From Schmidtea polychroa (taxonomy: Eukaryota), in NCBI GenBank assembly GCA_044892525.1, contig CM097885.1:53260001-53324000 (forward strand): a DNA stretch of 64,000 nt, in the 5' to 3' direction. The notes below the pieces were generated by a model. That model was not told the origin of the DNA. It worked only from the letters and a program-made list of their open reading frames with translations, and did no database searches. Below, piece after piece: positions 36,771-64,000 of this stretch. Each line of letters begins with the position of its first letter. The stretch's first letter is position 1. The position numbers were made by a program, and so were the translations under genes.

Positions 36771-37877
36771 TGTTGGGCTAGAACTGACATCTAGACCCAA
36801 AAAATCTTACAAATGTGACAAAATGTGGTGGCATATAACATGCATACCTAACAATAGGTTTAGTTAAATGTAAAGATAAAACACCAAATAAACAATATTT
36901 ATTGGGAGAATCACAACAGAAAATAAAAACATTGAAATTAAATAAAACCTAACAAATACAAGAAGTATTGCAAGAAAATCAACTCAAACATAACAGAGAA
37001 ACATAGAAATACAAAAACAAGCTCGAATGAAATCGAAAGATAGTAAAATATTAAATTCTAGATAAAATTCCAGAACAATTCATAAAAATGGCGAAATCTA
37101 ACATGGAAGCCATTAAAAGCAATAAAATTCAAGGAAAATAAATAAATTAGTTTTAAAAATAAAAATTCGAAAAAAGGATTTAGAAAAACAATATTAAAAT
37201 AAAAACTAACTCTAATATAATGTGGAACGTTCTGGAATTGCCCAAATCCATCATGGAGGCAAATTTAACAAAAAATAAGTAAAAATTAAAAATATAAAAA
37301 TAAAAATTATGGCATTAAAATTGCCATTAAAATCATCAAAATAGAAAATAGAAAATTCTAGAATTAAAAAGAATTCGAGTTTGTTTTAACGCGTCAACGC
37401 ACACACACGTATTTGCACACACAAAAATAGGTATATATACCGACACATTTTAGTCACAAAAACACTCTTTATGCCAAATTCATTTTTGTAAACTTTACCT
37501 TGAGAAAATTTGGAGAAATAGTAAGCACTATTTTATTTATATTATGATATTGTTATTTGTTTGTCTAATATTAGCTCTGTGTTAATCTATATAAAATTCA
37601 CAATCTCTTTTGTCTTGTAATTTTATTTTTTATCGAATGTAGGAAAGGTCAGAGCCGTATCGATTTATCTGCGACTCTGATCAGTCCTACATTCAATCAT
37701 GCTCTAAAATTTCGACTACAGCAAGAACGCAACACGCACTATTAATATTATAACTTTTTTTGTTCGGTCATCAGAGGTCGCACCACTTCATGGTTCTGCC
37801 ATGGAGTTAAGTCGATAAACTCCCTCCGCTTGACTATATCTACTATTATACGTCAGCAGTAATGTGTTGACTCTACA
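36771..37877 (+). mobile_element. Possible LTR with architecture similar to 4266-5919
   Basis: Starts TGTTGGGCT, then an A-rich block, palindromic GGTATATATACC at about 37430 and a T-rich block. The right boundary is uncertain and no TSD was found. Confidence 0.35.
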
Positions 37878-38899
37878 TAACAGTAAGGCTTGCCGTAGCG
37901 GTACAGTGGGTCCGTGTAAACAAGCACTCTCCCCGACTTCCAATGCAATAACAAAATCATAATCTACATTAAAAATCACTACAATACAACACATTAGGAT
38001 GATAATCAGAGTAGATCTCAGACCTAAAATAACCACAATTTTACAAGACACGCTCAATGTAGACAGTTAAATTTTATAGAAGCAAACCTACCTGGTTGCC
38101 GAAGTTAGATTCACGAATAACCTTTCTAACAACGAATCCTTATATTTCAACGCCTGATGCAACCCAAAATACGGAAATTCATGTTACATCTGACATGGGA
38201 ATTTTTTTAGATTTAATAACTACCGAAGAAAAGCATTTTATTATAAAACTTGGTCCTTATCAACCAATGGACCCGTTCCCCAAAGATCTATGTGGTCGTA
38301 ATAAAAACAGGGGATTCAATTAAAAATATTATTACTCGTATATAGGACGCATAAAAATAAAAAGACAATGGTTGTGTTACTCAACAAAGAAAAATGTGTG
38401 TTACTGTCAACCGTGCTGGCTTTTTGATACTTCAAATTGTGATTTTTGTTTTGTAAGAGGAACATCTGATTGGGCACATTTACCCAGAAATATTGAAACA
38501 CATGAGGAATCACACCAACACGCAATTTCTTGTGAGATATACTATCGGTGGAAAAGTGGTTCAATTATAGATATTGTCAATCAGAACGAAATGAAAAATG
38601 CACCCAATTATTGGCGCAAAGTATTACGACGTATAGTAGATGTGACTATAACGCTTGCAACAAATAACTTACCTCTTCGGGGTCATAGAATTACCGAATC
38701 AGGAACATCCCAAGGAAACTTTTAGAGTTAATAAAATTGCTTTCACGTTACGATAGTGTATTGGAGGAATTATTAAAAAAACCGAAAGGCCATATCAATT
38801 ATTTAAGCCCTGATATTCAAAATGAATTAATAAATTTGATTTCTCAAGAAATTAATGAACAAATTAAAAACGAATTGAAAGATCAGCATTCGTGACTAT

Positions 38900-40763
38900 T
38901 GTGAGGCGTTTTGTAATTTCTATTTAAATAATGGTATGATGTTGTGTATGTTTGATTGTATGCTGAAATCCTTACTTATACATAAATTATTATTTTTTAG
39001 AAACTCCTCAAACAAATTAACGTTATAATTTGTTTTAATAATATTTGTGTTTTTATAATAAACGTGTTTTAGTTATGGATTCTATTAATACCCGTAGCTC
39101 TGTGGCTAATATGGCGACCACGATTGCAAATTTTATCAAACCACCAGAAACATATGACATGGATTCAGACGTGGAAGAATTTATCTTAGAAACGGAATGA
39201 TTCTTCGAGATGACAAATATTGTCGATGAATACAGAAGCAAATTCGTCAAAGCTTTTCTATCAATCAATTCAACGAAGAAATATGAGTTGACTAATGAAA
39301 CTCTGCATTATACATAAAGATTAAGAAACGCTTTTGCTAAGAACAGAAGTCTTATCGATGATCTCAACGAAGCGCTAAATTATCGTCAAGGAAATGAGGC
39401 TGCCGAAGAATTCTGCTCAAAAATTGAGAAACTTGCAAAAATTATTTTGAAGCATAAACTTGATGAAGAAGAACTAAAGAAATTTTTGCTATTCAAATCG
39501 TTTGAAGATAAAGAAGTTAAAAAAGATCTCAAAATCCAAGATTTAAAATCATTTGATGAAATGAAAGAAAGATTAAAGAGACACGATCAAGTTTCAAAAG
39601 AAATTAATGTATTTCATGCTATGATGATGCTGTTAAGAAGAGCTTACCAAGATATAGTTATGATAACAGATCAATTCGAGAACGAGAAGCTAATCCCAGA
39701 TTCAAAGATGAATATACAAGAGAACCTCAACATAATCCAAGATTCAAAGGCGATCTTACCAGAGAACATCGATATGCTATTTCAAATGGATGGAAACCTA
39801 TGAATAGAAGTAAGCCTTATAATACCAGGGAATTTCATTCGCGAGATCATATCCGAACAAATCAAATTTTGCGATGTTGGGCGTGCCACGAAGAAGGTCA
39901 TAGAAGATCTGAATGCCCCAATATTCAATTATTTCTTTACATGCAGTGAAATCGCAAAATGAAAATACAGTGGTAAGATTACTGAAAGAAGAGTGGATAA
40001 TGAAGTTTGGAGCACCAAGGATAATAAACTGTGACAGAGGTTAATCATTTGAATCAAAGCTAATGAAAGATTTTGCAGAATTCCTCAATATTGAAATTAA
40101 TTATTCAAGTCCATATCATCACTCAGCAAATGGACAGATTGAGAGACAATTCCGTACAATTAGAGATGCAATACAGATAACACTCAAAGATTAAAGACAT
40201 AAATCATGGGTAGATGTTCTTCCCGGAGTTCAGTTTATGTTGAATTCAACTTTTCGAAAAACTATTAGGAAGACTCCAGCTGAAATGGTGTTTGGGAAAA
40301 AGATTTATAGTGAATGGTTTTCAGAGATTGTGGAAGAAGAAAAAATCAATCAGGCGACAAATCGCGAATTTCAAATTAGAGATTGCGTATTGATCAAAGT
40401 AAATGTTCGAAATAAAGGTGATAACAGATACATGGGTCCAGGTGTGATTACTAAAAAGATTCATGATCGAAGTTATGAAATAAAATTGGAAAATGGAAGT
40501 TCCGTCACAAGAAATATTGAGTGGTTAAAGGTTTTCAAAAGAGGGGGGGGGTGTGAGTCGTTTTGTAATTTGTTTTTAAATAATGGTATGATGTTGTGCA
40601 TGTTTGGTTGTATGCAGAAATCCTTACTTATACATTAATTATTATTTCTTAGAAACTCCTCAAACAAATTAACGTTATAATTTGTTTTAATAATATTTGT
40701 GTTTTTATAATAAACGTGTTTTAGTTATGGATTCTATTAATACCCGTAGCTCTGTGGCTAATA
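38900..40763 (+). mobile_element. Internally deleted Gypsy LTR retrotransposon (gag remnant fused to integrase remnant)
   Basis: 212-bp LTRs at 38900-39111 and 40552-40763, 5-bp TSD ACTAT, PBS TGGCGACCACGA at 39112 and PPT AAAAGAGGGGGGGGG. Knuckle CWACHEEGHRRSEC is followed directly by integrase (SSPYHHSANGQIER, RNIEWLK). Confidence 0.92.
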
Positions 40764-42012
40764 ACTATTATAAGTGATACAACACAAGATTTAATCAAAA
40801 TTAACCAATTAAGCACTGTATTTCGTTACGTTTTAATAATTAAAGATGAAAGTGAAAAACCAACTGATATTCAAATAAAGGAAATGTTTTGTGGATTTTC
40901 CCAGATTACCGATCAAACGGCAAGTGGATTGGAAATAGAAGTTTTAAAAATTATTGAAAAATTTACAGACTTGTCAAAATAGCGTGGCCAAGGGTACGAC
41001 GGAGCTGCGAATATGAGCGGTATTTATTCAGGTTTACAAATGAGAATCAGACAACGAAACCCTGCTGCTAAATTTGTTCACTGTTGTTCACGAAAATTAA
41101 ATTTAGTTATAAACGATAGTGTTGCCAATGTACAAGAAGTCCGCAGATTTTACGAAGAACTGGAAAAAATGTACGTATTTTTTAGTTCCGTTAGACGTTG
41201 GGCGAAGTTAATGGAAACAACGCAAAATAACATGGCAAAAATTTTAAAAAGAATTTGCCCAACACTATGGTCTTCTCGAGTTTAAGCTCTTGACGCACTG
41301 CGTTCACGCTATTTTGATGTTATCAAAATTCTGACTTACTTATCATTAAATAGAAAAAATGATGAGCAACGTGAAGCCAAAAATTTAAGAAATTATTTTG
41401 AAAAATTTTCGACAGTTATATTAATAATAGTAGAAAGTAAAATATTAGAACCTATTAATTATCTGTCGAAAATATTACAAGGAACCTAGGAAGATATTGA
41501 AAATTATGTAGATATGTTATCGTCTCTGATGAACGGATTACAAAGGCCGAAGAGTGTTTTAAAATTGAAGTTTTTTATACAGTTATGGATTTTATTATTA
41601 ATCAATTAACTATTAGGTTTGCGTCCGTTCGACAATTGTATTCAGTATTTAAATGTTTATCACCAAAACATCTAATCACGCCATGCGAAGAAAATATTCT
41701 AAAAGAGTCGGAAATCTTGCTTTCAACTTATCCTAATGACATTTCTCTGAGCACTGGGCCCCAATTACTTCGTTTTAAAATTTGCTTTTTTAACCAGTTA
41801 GAAAAAATTTCATCTATAAGGGAAGTTGCTGAATTACTTTTATTTTACACACCAGCTTCAAGTAGTTTCTCGGAAATAATTACAGCTTGCCTACTTTTTT
41901 TAACACTACATGTAACTACTGCGGCAGCAGAGAGAAGTTTCTCTAAATTAAAATTAATAAAAACATACTTAAGAAGCAGTATGTCTCAACATTGCCTCTT
42001 AGCTTCCCAACT

Positions 42013-42216
42013 CATGCGCGTACGCAGGGAGGGGAGGGGGGTTACTGGGGGTTTAACCTCCCCCCCCCATGATTCCAACAACAATATAAAAAACTATAAT
42101 TAATAAATGTATAAACTGAAAACAATTTAAGAAATATTCCGAATGCCGATATATATAAATAATCCCCCCCTCTATATATATAAACCCCCCATGGATTCAT
42201 CCTGCGTACGCGCCTG
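42013..42216. mobile_element. hAT MITE nested in the hAT dimerization-domain coding region
   Basis: 8-bp TSD TCCCAACT (42005-42012, 42217-42224). TIR CATGCGCGTACGCAGG / CCTGCGTACGCGCCTG. Confidence 0.88.
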
Positions 42217-44879
42217 TCCCAACTAGATTTGGATAAAATAATAGATAATTTCGCACGCGAGAAAGCGAGAAAAAATTATTTTTAGTAATATATCATATAA
42301 TTTTTAATTTATAAATAAAGTTTTAGAAAATATAACTACATATTTTGTGTTTCATTTGAATGTTAATAAAATAAATTTTCCCGGCATTTAAGGGGCGCTT
42401 CCTTTTTATCTGCTCCAGGCGCTAAATACGTAGCTACGCCACTGCTTCAACTGGCTCTCTTACTCAGGGAACATGATACAAGCGAGTCGAGGGTTGACCA
42501 ACTAAAGACATAATGCAGGAAAACACAGAATGACTCGAGCATCGGGTAAGAACTGATGTAGATCAATGGAAAATGAAAACCAAAAAAACAATTGAATGGA
42601 CAGTTGAATACAACAATTGTTATGTAAAAATCAAGAAGAACCCTTTTTTGTTTATTTAGAGCCAAACATTATAAAAACTTGGTAGAGTGCGGGATTCAAT
42701 GGACGCCTTCCAGATTTAGAAAAGTTATAAATACCCGGAACAAAATAAAACAATAGCCCTCATTTTTGAAGCAAAAAACCAAAATCAAAATCAACATCAA
42801 ACATAGTAAATTCATCGGAGAAATCGAAACGTGATCGAAATCCAAAAAAAATCCATCAAAATAACTATAATTGTAAAACTAAAAACCAAAATTGAGTATC
42901 AACATAATAATTCATCAGATCAAGCAAAAAGTATCAAAAAGTATTATCATTCTATTTAATAATTGTTATGTGGTTTTGTTCTCAATAATGTATTAGTACG
43001 ATGTATATATAAGTTGTATACATATTTGTATATAGTTATAAGAGTATGTATTATTTATGTCCGTAGGTGCATGTATGTTAAGAGATATTGTATTACCCAG
43101 TCGAGTTACCAGTAAATAAACTGTCTCGGGACAGCTGTGGTAAATGTGTATACTATGGCTACAATGTAAATAATAAACTAACAATAACAATTATTCAACT
43201 TTGAACTTTTATTCATAAAATAATTAAAATAAGGACCTTTAGTTACTGGACAAAGACAAGCCTGAAATATTCTGGATCACGACATTATAATTCAAATTTT
43301 TGTTGGATAATATATCTGCTATATTGTATTTGCGATCTAATCTCGTTTGGTTATTTTATAGTTCCTTTAATATTTTCTGGGCTTTATTTCTGTTATTTTT
43401 TCCTGGGTCAATTGATGTTTTCGGTTTTGTTTCTGACACTTTTTCTTTTCTGTGACAATTGAAAAATTTCACTTAATATATTTGATATACCTTCCTGGGC
43501 TTCGTTTCAAATATTTCGTCTTTTGCGTAGTATACTTTATTTCGAACTTTCAGAATTTTTTATTGATCTTTTTTTAATTTGTCAAGTTTCTATAGCGATA
43601 ATTTACTATGGAAAATTATCGCTATATAGTTTGATTTTTTTTTAATTTCTTTACACATGACGCGTGACGATTGAAATTGTGATCCGTATTGTAGAGACAT
43701 ACAAGTAATTCGAATAAAGAATTTATTCAAATTAATATTGAAGTAAATAATTGTCATATCTTCTCCAATAGTCAATATACCGACGAAAGCACGAACACTT
43801 GATCTGTAGATTGTATTGAGATTGTTGAAGATCTTGACCATCATCAGAGAGATCATTGCTAATAAGACGAAGGTTTCTGTTTCTTGAATTTCTGGCATAT
43901 TTGATTTATTGATTTTGACTCGATTTGATGATTGCGAAGTTAAATAATTCATTGTTTCTTTTTATATTGAATAGGATTTTTTAAACAATCGTTTTTAATT
44001 TAATTATAATTTAATTAATTTAAATAATATATTTTAGTTCAATTATTAAATTGATAAAAGTGCTAGTCAGAGGCATTACACGTATTAAATTTTAATAAAC
44101 TGCACAAAAAATATAATATAACCATACATTACACTAATGATCAGTTGAAAAATAAATACCTAATATCTCGATTTACCTCTACCCATGCTTCTATTTATTC
44201 TTATATTCATTATAAACATTTAGTTTTATTATTTATAAAATTTTATCATTTAATTAGTACTTTGCAGTTACAAAATAGTCCCTAAAAACATCGGTAGTTA
44301 TCTATATTCGCCTTAATGTTAACTATATATGCCAAATTTTACTATTTGTAACATAATGTCATTTTATCATCTACTATTTTCCCCTTTACGAAATAAGCCT
44401 TAAAATTCCTGATCCACCCCTATATCACAATGATAATTATAATTACTCGAGATTATTGTCAATACCAATTTAAATTTTATATATACACATAGATATATGG
44501 TTTATATATTTTTTCTGAAATACCCCCTCAAGTAGTGAAATAATTAAAATCCATGTTAAGAATACTGATTTAAATTACCTATGTATATATAAATTGATAA
44601 TAAATTCATAAAACTATAAATTAAAATTTTTACTTAAATACCCCTTCCCAAGTTATGTTATAGTCAGAACAGTTTTAATATTAATAGTGTAAAGCATATA
44701 TAAGTATATTAAACTTATAAAAGTCGGATTTGTGTTTTTCCATAAATACCCAATCAAATTAATCGAAAACAATGTCTCAGTAATAGTTCAGCTTATACAT
44801 ATACATATCTATGAAAATTTGTATTTTGCATAAATAACCACCCTCATACCTTAGTCGAAAACAATATTTACAACAATGA

Positions 44880-45410
44880 AATTCATGCTGAGTCTGTTCT
44901 GAGACTCTAAGGGATTATTTTGATGGACGTTCTGACACCTGGTAAGACTATCACTGTCAAATATTACTGCACCTATTGTAAAAACTAAATGTAGTTGTTT
45001 TTGAGAAATGGCGAAGACAAATATCTAATGGCAATCTCTATCTCCAGCAAGACAATGCGAGCCCCTTACGGCTATTATCACACATGAGAAGATTAAACAG
45101 CTTTGTCTGAAAGTTCTCGAACATCCACCATACTCACCAGACTTGGCCCTCTTTGAATTTTACCTCTTATGACCAATGAAATCTACCTTTACATGGAAAA
45201 GATGATGGCTGTTCTACTGATGTGGTATACGAATTCCGACAATGATTAGATTTGAAGTCACAGTAATTCTTCGAGGAAGGCATCAACTAGCTAGAGGAAA
45301 GATGGCTACGATGTATTAATGGCAATCGTGAAAACTTGTGTGAGTTTTATAATTATACAACTTATTGTTATTTATTTGCTGTTGAAATGTCGGCAACCTT
45401 TTGAGTCAAA
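44880..45410 (+). mobile_element. Decayed mariner (DD34D-type) 3' fragment
   Basis: DSKGIIL...PGKTIT..YY, LQQDNA and EHPPYSPDLA, with stops and frameshifts. Confidence 0.75.
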
Positions 45411-46054
45411 TCTGTCAGTTGTACCTTTACAAATATAGATATAAAATGTTTTCGCACCCGTTTCCCATCAATATTGTAAAATTAGTGTGTTGCGATAGCG
45501 CTTGTACTAAGGAAATCGGCTATTATACAATCTAGTAAATAATTTGTCTGGCAAAAGGCATTTCATTATATCCAGATATCACTGTTCTTCCAATTTCAAT
45601 TCAATTGAATAACAAACAAGAATTAATATAAAATAATTTCTCTCACTGGTGTTTTATACGTCATAATTATTTACTATAAAAATTATTTAATTATTTTTTC
45701 ATTTTACTCGATTTCTTATTTTTGTTTTTTTATTATTTATATCTTAATATAATAAATTGAATATACATTTGTAAAATATATTTTGCTTTGACTATATTTT
45801 TTTATTATGGTCATCTTCCATAATTATAAATATAAATATTGCTCATATCTGGAATAGATAAATTTAAATTATTGAAATTATAATTTCATTTACAAATCTA
45901 AAAAGAAATAAATGATTTGTTTTTATATTTAATTTAAATTTACTTTTACATTAGAATTCAATTAAGTTTAATAAATTTTTTGGTAAGTAGTTTTTATTTG
46001 ATAAATTTTTGTATTCTTAATTTCATATATTATTTGAAATCTAATTAAATCAGA

Positions 46055-60822
<14,768 letters not shown>

Positions 60823-61027
60823 GACTCCTTATTATCTAAATATTTTGGATTTCAAATGATTTTACTGTGAAATAAAATTTAATCTTCTTAGTTTTTTGAC
60901 TTTATATAAATAAATTATTCACAATGTTGAGTTTTGTTAATCAATTACTAATACTCAACAATATTGAAACTTCATTTACACTGCAAGTTTGTATATACAT
61001 TCAATTGAATTCATAATCCCTTACTCC

Positions 61028-62250
61028 AGAGGTCCCCAAAGTGTTACAGTAGTGATACAGTTAGTGATACAGTAAGAGCTTGCGGGCTACAGGGTATCAT
61101 GCAAGCGTTAAAATCGCTAAGTCTGAGCTTAGTTTATAAATACATAGCCTAAAAGTATAAGGCTTACTTACGTGATAAACTTAAATGAAATTAAATAAAC
61201 AGTGATGAAGTGCATGAATTTAAAAATATTTTATATTTATTTTATTTATTTATCCAACATAAAAGATTGTTACTTGTCAAACCGTTTGTATTGAAGTTAA
61301 AAAATTTTTATAATTTAGCTTAGAGTTCGTCAAATTTTAATTTACTTCTTGTGATGAACATCGTGATTTGTGAAATTGAGATTTTTGAGAAATTGTATGA
61401 CCAAATCGAGGTTTAAAGCAACAACATGATTGCCTGGAGATGATTATCAGTTAATCGTGACCTCATCTTAAATTTTGTGATATTCATTGTAGCCCTCAAA
61501 TGTATGTGGCCACGAAAAGTGATCCAATACGCTGAGCATGTCACCGAATAGATGGGCAATTTGAAACAGAAGGTCTTTGATAAAATTCCATCAAGCTTAG
61601 TGCATGAAATGAATTTCACGCCTCTGAATTTTCCTGCAAGTCAATCAGCTCTAATTACAAATCAGTTGGCGCAATCTCTGGCTCACAAGTAAACAGATTC
61701 TGGAAAATGGCAAATGACTGTTCGTGTATTCTGAAGTCAGTGAATGCTGGCCACAACCAAGAAGATTGAGGCAGACTCGACGATTTAATGCGAAATAAGA
61801 GTAAATCGCAATCACCAACTATGATAGTGCTACGAATGGCTGACCTCAATATAAATCATGACCTCAATGGGCAGTTAGAATGTTTGCTTTGACTGTGGAA
61901 GAGAAGTTGTGGATCCGCGCCTCGAGGTCATGTCTTGTATAAACTTGATACAGAGCTTGCGAATGCTCCTGTAACAAAGCACGTTTGGTGGGCTTTCTTC
62001 CATGAGGTTGTCCCGACAATGTAGAAGGTGGAACACCTTCTGGTTAGCTTCTTTCATTTGGCCTTGTGAAAGCCACCTCCCCTCAAGTATGTCGATCTTG
62101 GTATGTAACAGTCGATTTTCTTCATGGAGCGTTTGCGTGTTCATGTCTGTGAAAGAAAAACATATTTTTAGAATTGGTCGACCAGATTTCATTTGTTTTG
62201 AGACTAGAGAATATAAAAAGAACATAAAACTAGTGAAGGCCATACATTAT
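61028..62250 (-). mobile_element. Decayed hAT (GTF2IRD2-like) 3' portion
   Basis: End CAGAGGTCCCCAAAGTG. Fragments LLHT...RWLSQG, APTDL*LELIDLQ and MNITKFKMRSRLTDNHLQAIM. Confidence 0.65.
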
Positions 62251-62598
62251 GTAATTAATCAAAAGAAGTTCATTCTAATTCAATTTTTCGATACTTACAG
62301 GAAAACATCCAGGACCAGTGATAATGAAATTACTAACAATTGAAATAGAGGTATTATAATAGTAACCATGAGCCGAACAATTACAATAGTTTGAATAATA
62401 ATATTACTAATACTTAGAATAGTACTTCAATCCTAATAATTGTCCAACCCATAATAATTCAAATATTAATTATAATAATAATCATGATAATAATATTACT
62501 AATGAAAATAATAATAGCATTATTAACCACCCCTTAACAATACCCACGATATTAATACTATTAGCAATAATAATCGTAAAAATAATGATAATAGTGGT

Positions 62599-64000
62599 TA
62601 GGGATGGCAATCCGGATAATATTCGGTTTGAACTATCCGGATATTTTCTGAATTACGGATAATTCGAAATCCGGATATTTTGAATCAATTATCCGGATAT
62701 TTGATTTTCGAAAAAGTAAATTTTTATCGTTTCAAAAATTTGAATTTTACAGGGTTTTTCATCGTATTTTGACAATGTGTCAACCAATTTTGACATTGTG
62801 TCACCGTATTTTGACAAGTAAAAAAACTATTATATATATTTGTAGATGAATTATTTATATAAAATATTTTATTTCTTATAGTTAAAAAAGTCATTTACAA
62901 CAATTAAATCAAAAAAAACATTATATTGGTATTTTCACAATTTTTAATTAAAAAACAAATATAGTCGAAATATGGAATAAATTGTTTTTAATAATGGCAT
63001 ATATACTGGTTCTCCTGAAGCCAAGGATCTTGGAAATTTCAGATGCGTTATGTCCATTTAAATACGCATCCAAAATCCTTTTCCGATCATTATTATTGAT
63101 ATGTTGATTGACCATTAAGGGTGTATTAAAAAATTTTTCATTTGTCAAAATACGGTGACACAATGTCAAAATTGATTGACACAATGTCAAAATACGGTGA
63201 CACAATGTCAAAATTGGTTGACACAATGTCAAAATACGATGACACAATGTCAAAATACGGTGAAAAACCCTGTATAATCAGACTTGGCTGTGCACTAACA
63301 TTACATTTAGAGATTTTTGTTTTACTCGTATTTAAATCAAATCAGAGTTAGTTGTGCAGTGCACTTTGTTTTGGTGGTATTTCTATGCTGAAAAACGAAT
63401 TTAAATCAAATTAAAGGTATGTATGAATATATTTAAAATTTTAAAAATTTATATATTAGTTTGTATTTTGTAGGGTTATCGTTATAATAATGTCTTCAAA
63501 AAAATCGGAGGTTTGGATTCACTTTGAAAAACATAGTTCTGAGGAGGCGACATGTAGAAAATGTGGTAATAATATCAAATGTAAAGGATCTTCTACAACT
63601 CCACTCATAAATCATTTGAAAAGACATGAAATTTATATCAACAAAAGAACGTCGAATCAAGAAGAAACTACAAGTGTCAAATCTTCAAAAATTGTAAATT
63701 CACAACAAATTTAAAGTTTGTTAAGAGAGAAAGCTTAGGTGAGTTATTAGCAAAATGTGCTGTAAAAGATGGATTTTCAATCCACGCAATAACTAATTCA
63801 TCAGTAATTAGAGAATTTATACATAAAAGAGGATTCGAAATGCCACGTAGTCGAAACACAGTTAAAAAACTTATAATTCAGTTTTACGAACAGAAACGAG
63901 AAGAACTTAAAAACAATCTAAATACAAAAAAAAACAATGAACAAAAATTCAGTATTACAGTCGATGAATGGACGGACATAAATATGAAGCGTTATATGAA
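62599..64000 (+). mobile_element. hAT element 5' part with BED-finger transposase (from 63490, frameshift near 63710), running off the window end
   Basis: TAGGGATGGCAATCCGG end with ATCCGGATA subterminal repeats. SEVWIHF...CRKC...STTPLINHLKRH, continuing in another frame through CAVKDGFSIHAIT to KFSITVDEWT. Confidence 0.8.
62750..63272 (-). mobile_element. Non-autonomous IS630/Tc1-like element whose TIRs are built from 21-bp tandem repeats, nested in the hAT 5' end
   Basis: TA-CAGGGTTTTTCA...TGAAAAACCCTG-TA. Repeat unit TGTCAAAATACGGTGACACAA. Internal HTH fragment NNDRKRILDAYLNGHNASEISKILGFRRTSIYAIIK. Confidence 0.8.

Larger units (their letters stand above)
38096..42443 (+). mobile_element. 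Pseudogenised hAT transposon (ZMYM1-like, TTF zinc finger/DUF4371/hATC type) interrupted by two insertions
   Basis: Motifs CYSTKKNVCYCQPCWLF, LATNNLPLRGH, YLSPDIQNELI, IISDTTQD, GQGYDGAANMSG, TTAAAERSFSKLKLIKTYLRSSMSQ and IIDNFAREKARK. Right end GTAGCTACGCCACTG at 42443. Stops and frameshifts present. Confidence 0.85.

Noticed and set aside
43200..43960. ORF 43590-43952 and neighbouring coding-like sequence
   Set aside because: No recognisable motif and multiple stops in adjacent frames, so it cannot be assigned.
62350..62598. Possible mitochondrial insertion (hydrophobic-looking translation)
   Set aside because: Degenerate (AAT)n low-complexity sequence with no mitochondrial protein motifs.
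62948..63351. Repeat-peptide ORFs (TLCHRIL / MSKYGDT) and a CRISPR-like appearance
   Set aside because: These are translations of 21-bp tandem TIR repeats. There are no unique spacers or cas genes, and the context is eukaryotic.

Overview
AT-rich eukaryotic (animal) genomic window with a split intron-size pattern: 43-59 nt introns plus kb-long TE-filled introns. The style suggests a planarian-like flatworm, but that is inference only. Three conserved spliced housekeeping genes lie on the + strand and were reconstructed by hand: mannose-6-phosphate isomerase (7 exons, 426 aa), adenosine deaminase (4 exons, 342 aa) and NADPH-cytochrome P450 reductase (12 exons, 687 aa). The most notable hidden feature is a head-to-head pair of paralogous 3-exon genes (30842-31251 minus; 35094-35489 plus) that the ORF track does not assemble. 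They encode 98-aa secreted proteins with 8 conserved cysteines, a C-terminal Gly-Lys and a variable, charge-switched middle exon. Second, two near-identical 1654-bp LTRs in inverted orientation bracket the upstream region and first three exons of MPI. Most of the remainder is a dense, often nested set of transposons: Gypsy-type LTR elements (gag-only, internally deleted, solo LTR), hAT elements and MITEs with 8-bp TSDs, Tc1/mariner/maT/pogo elements with TA TSDs, a fold-back palindrome and non-LTR remnants.
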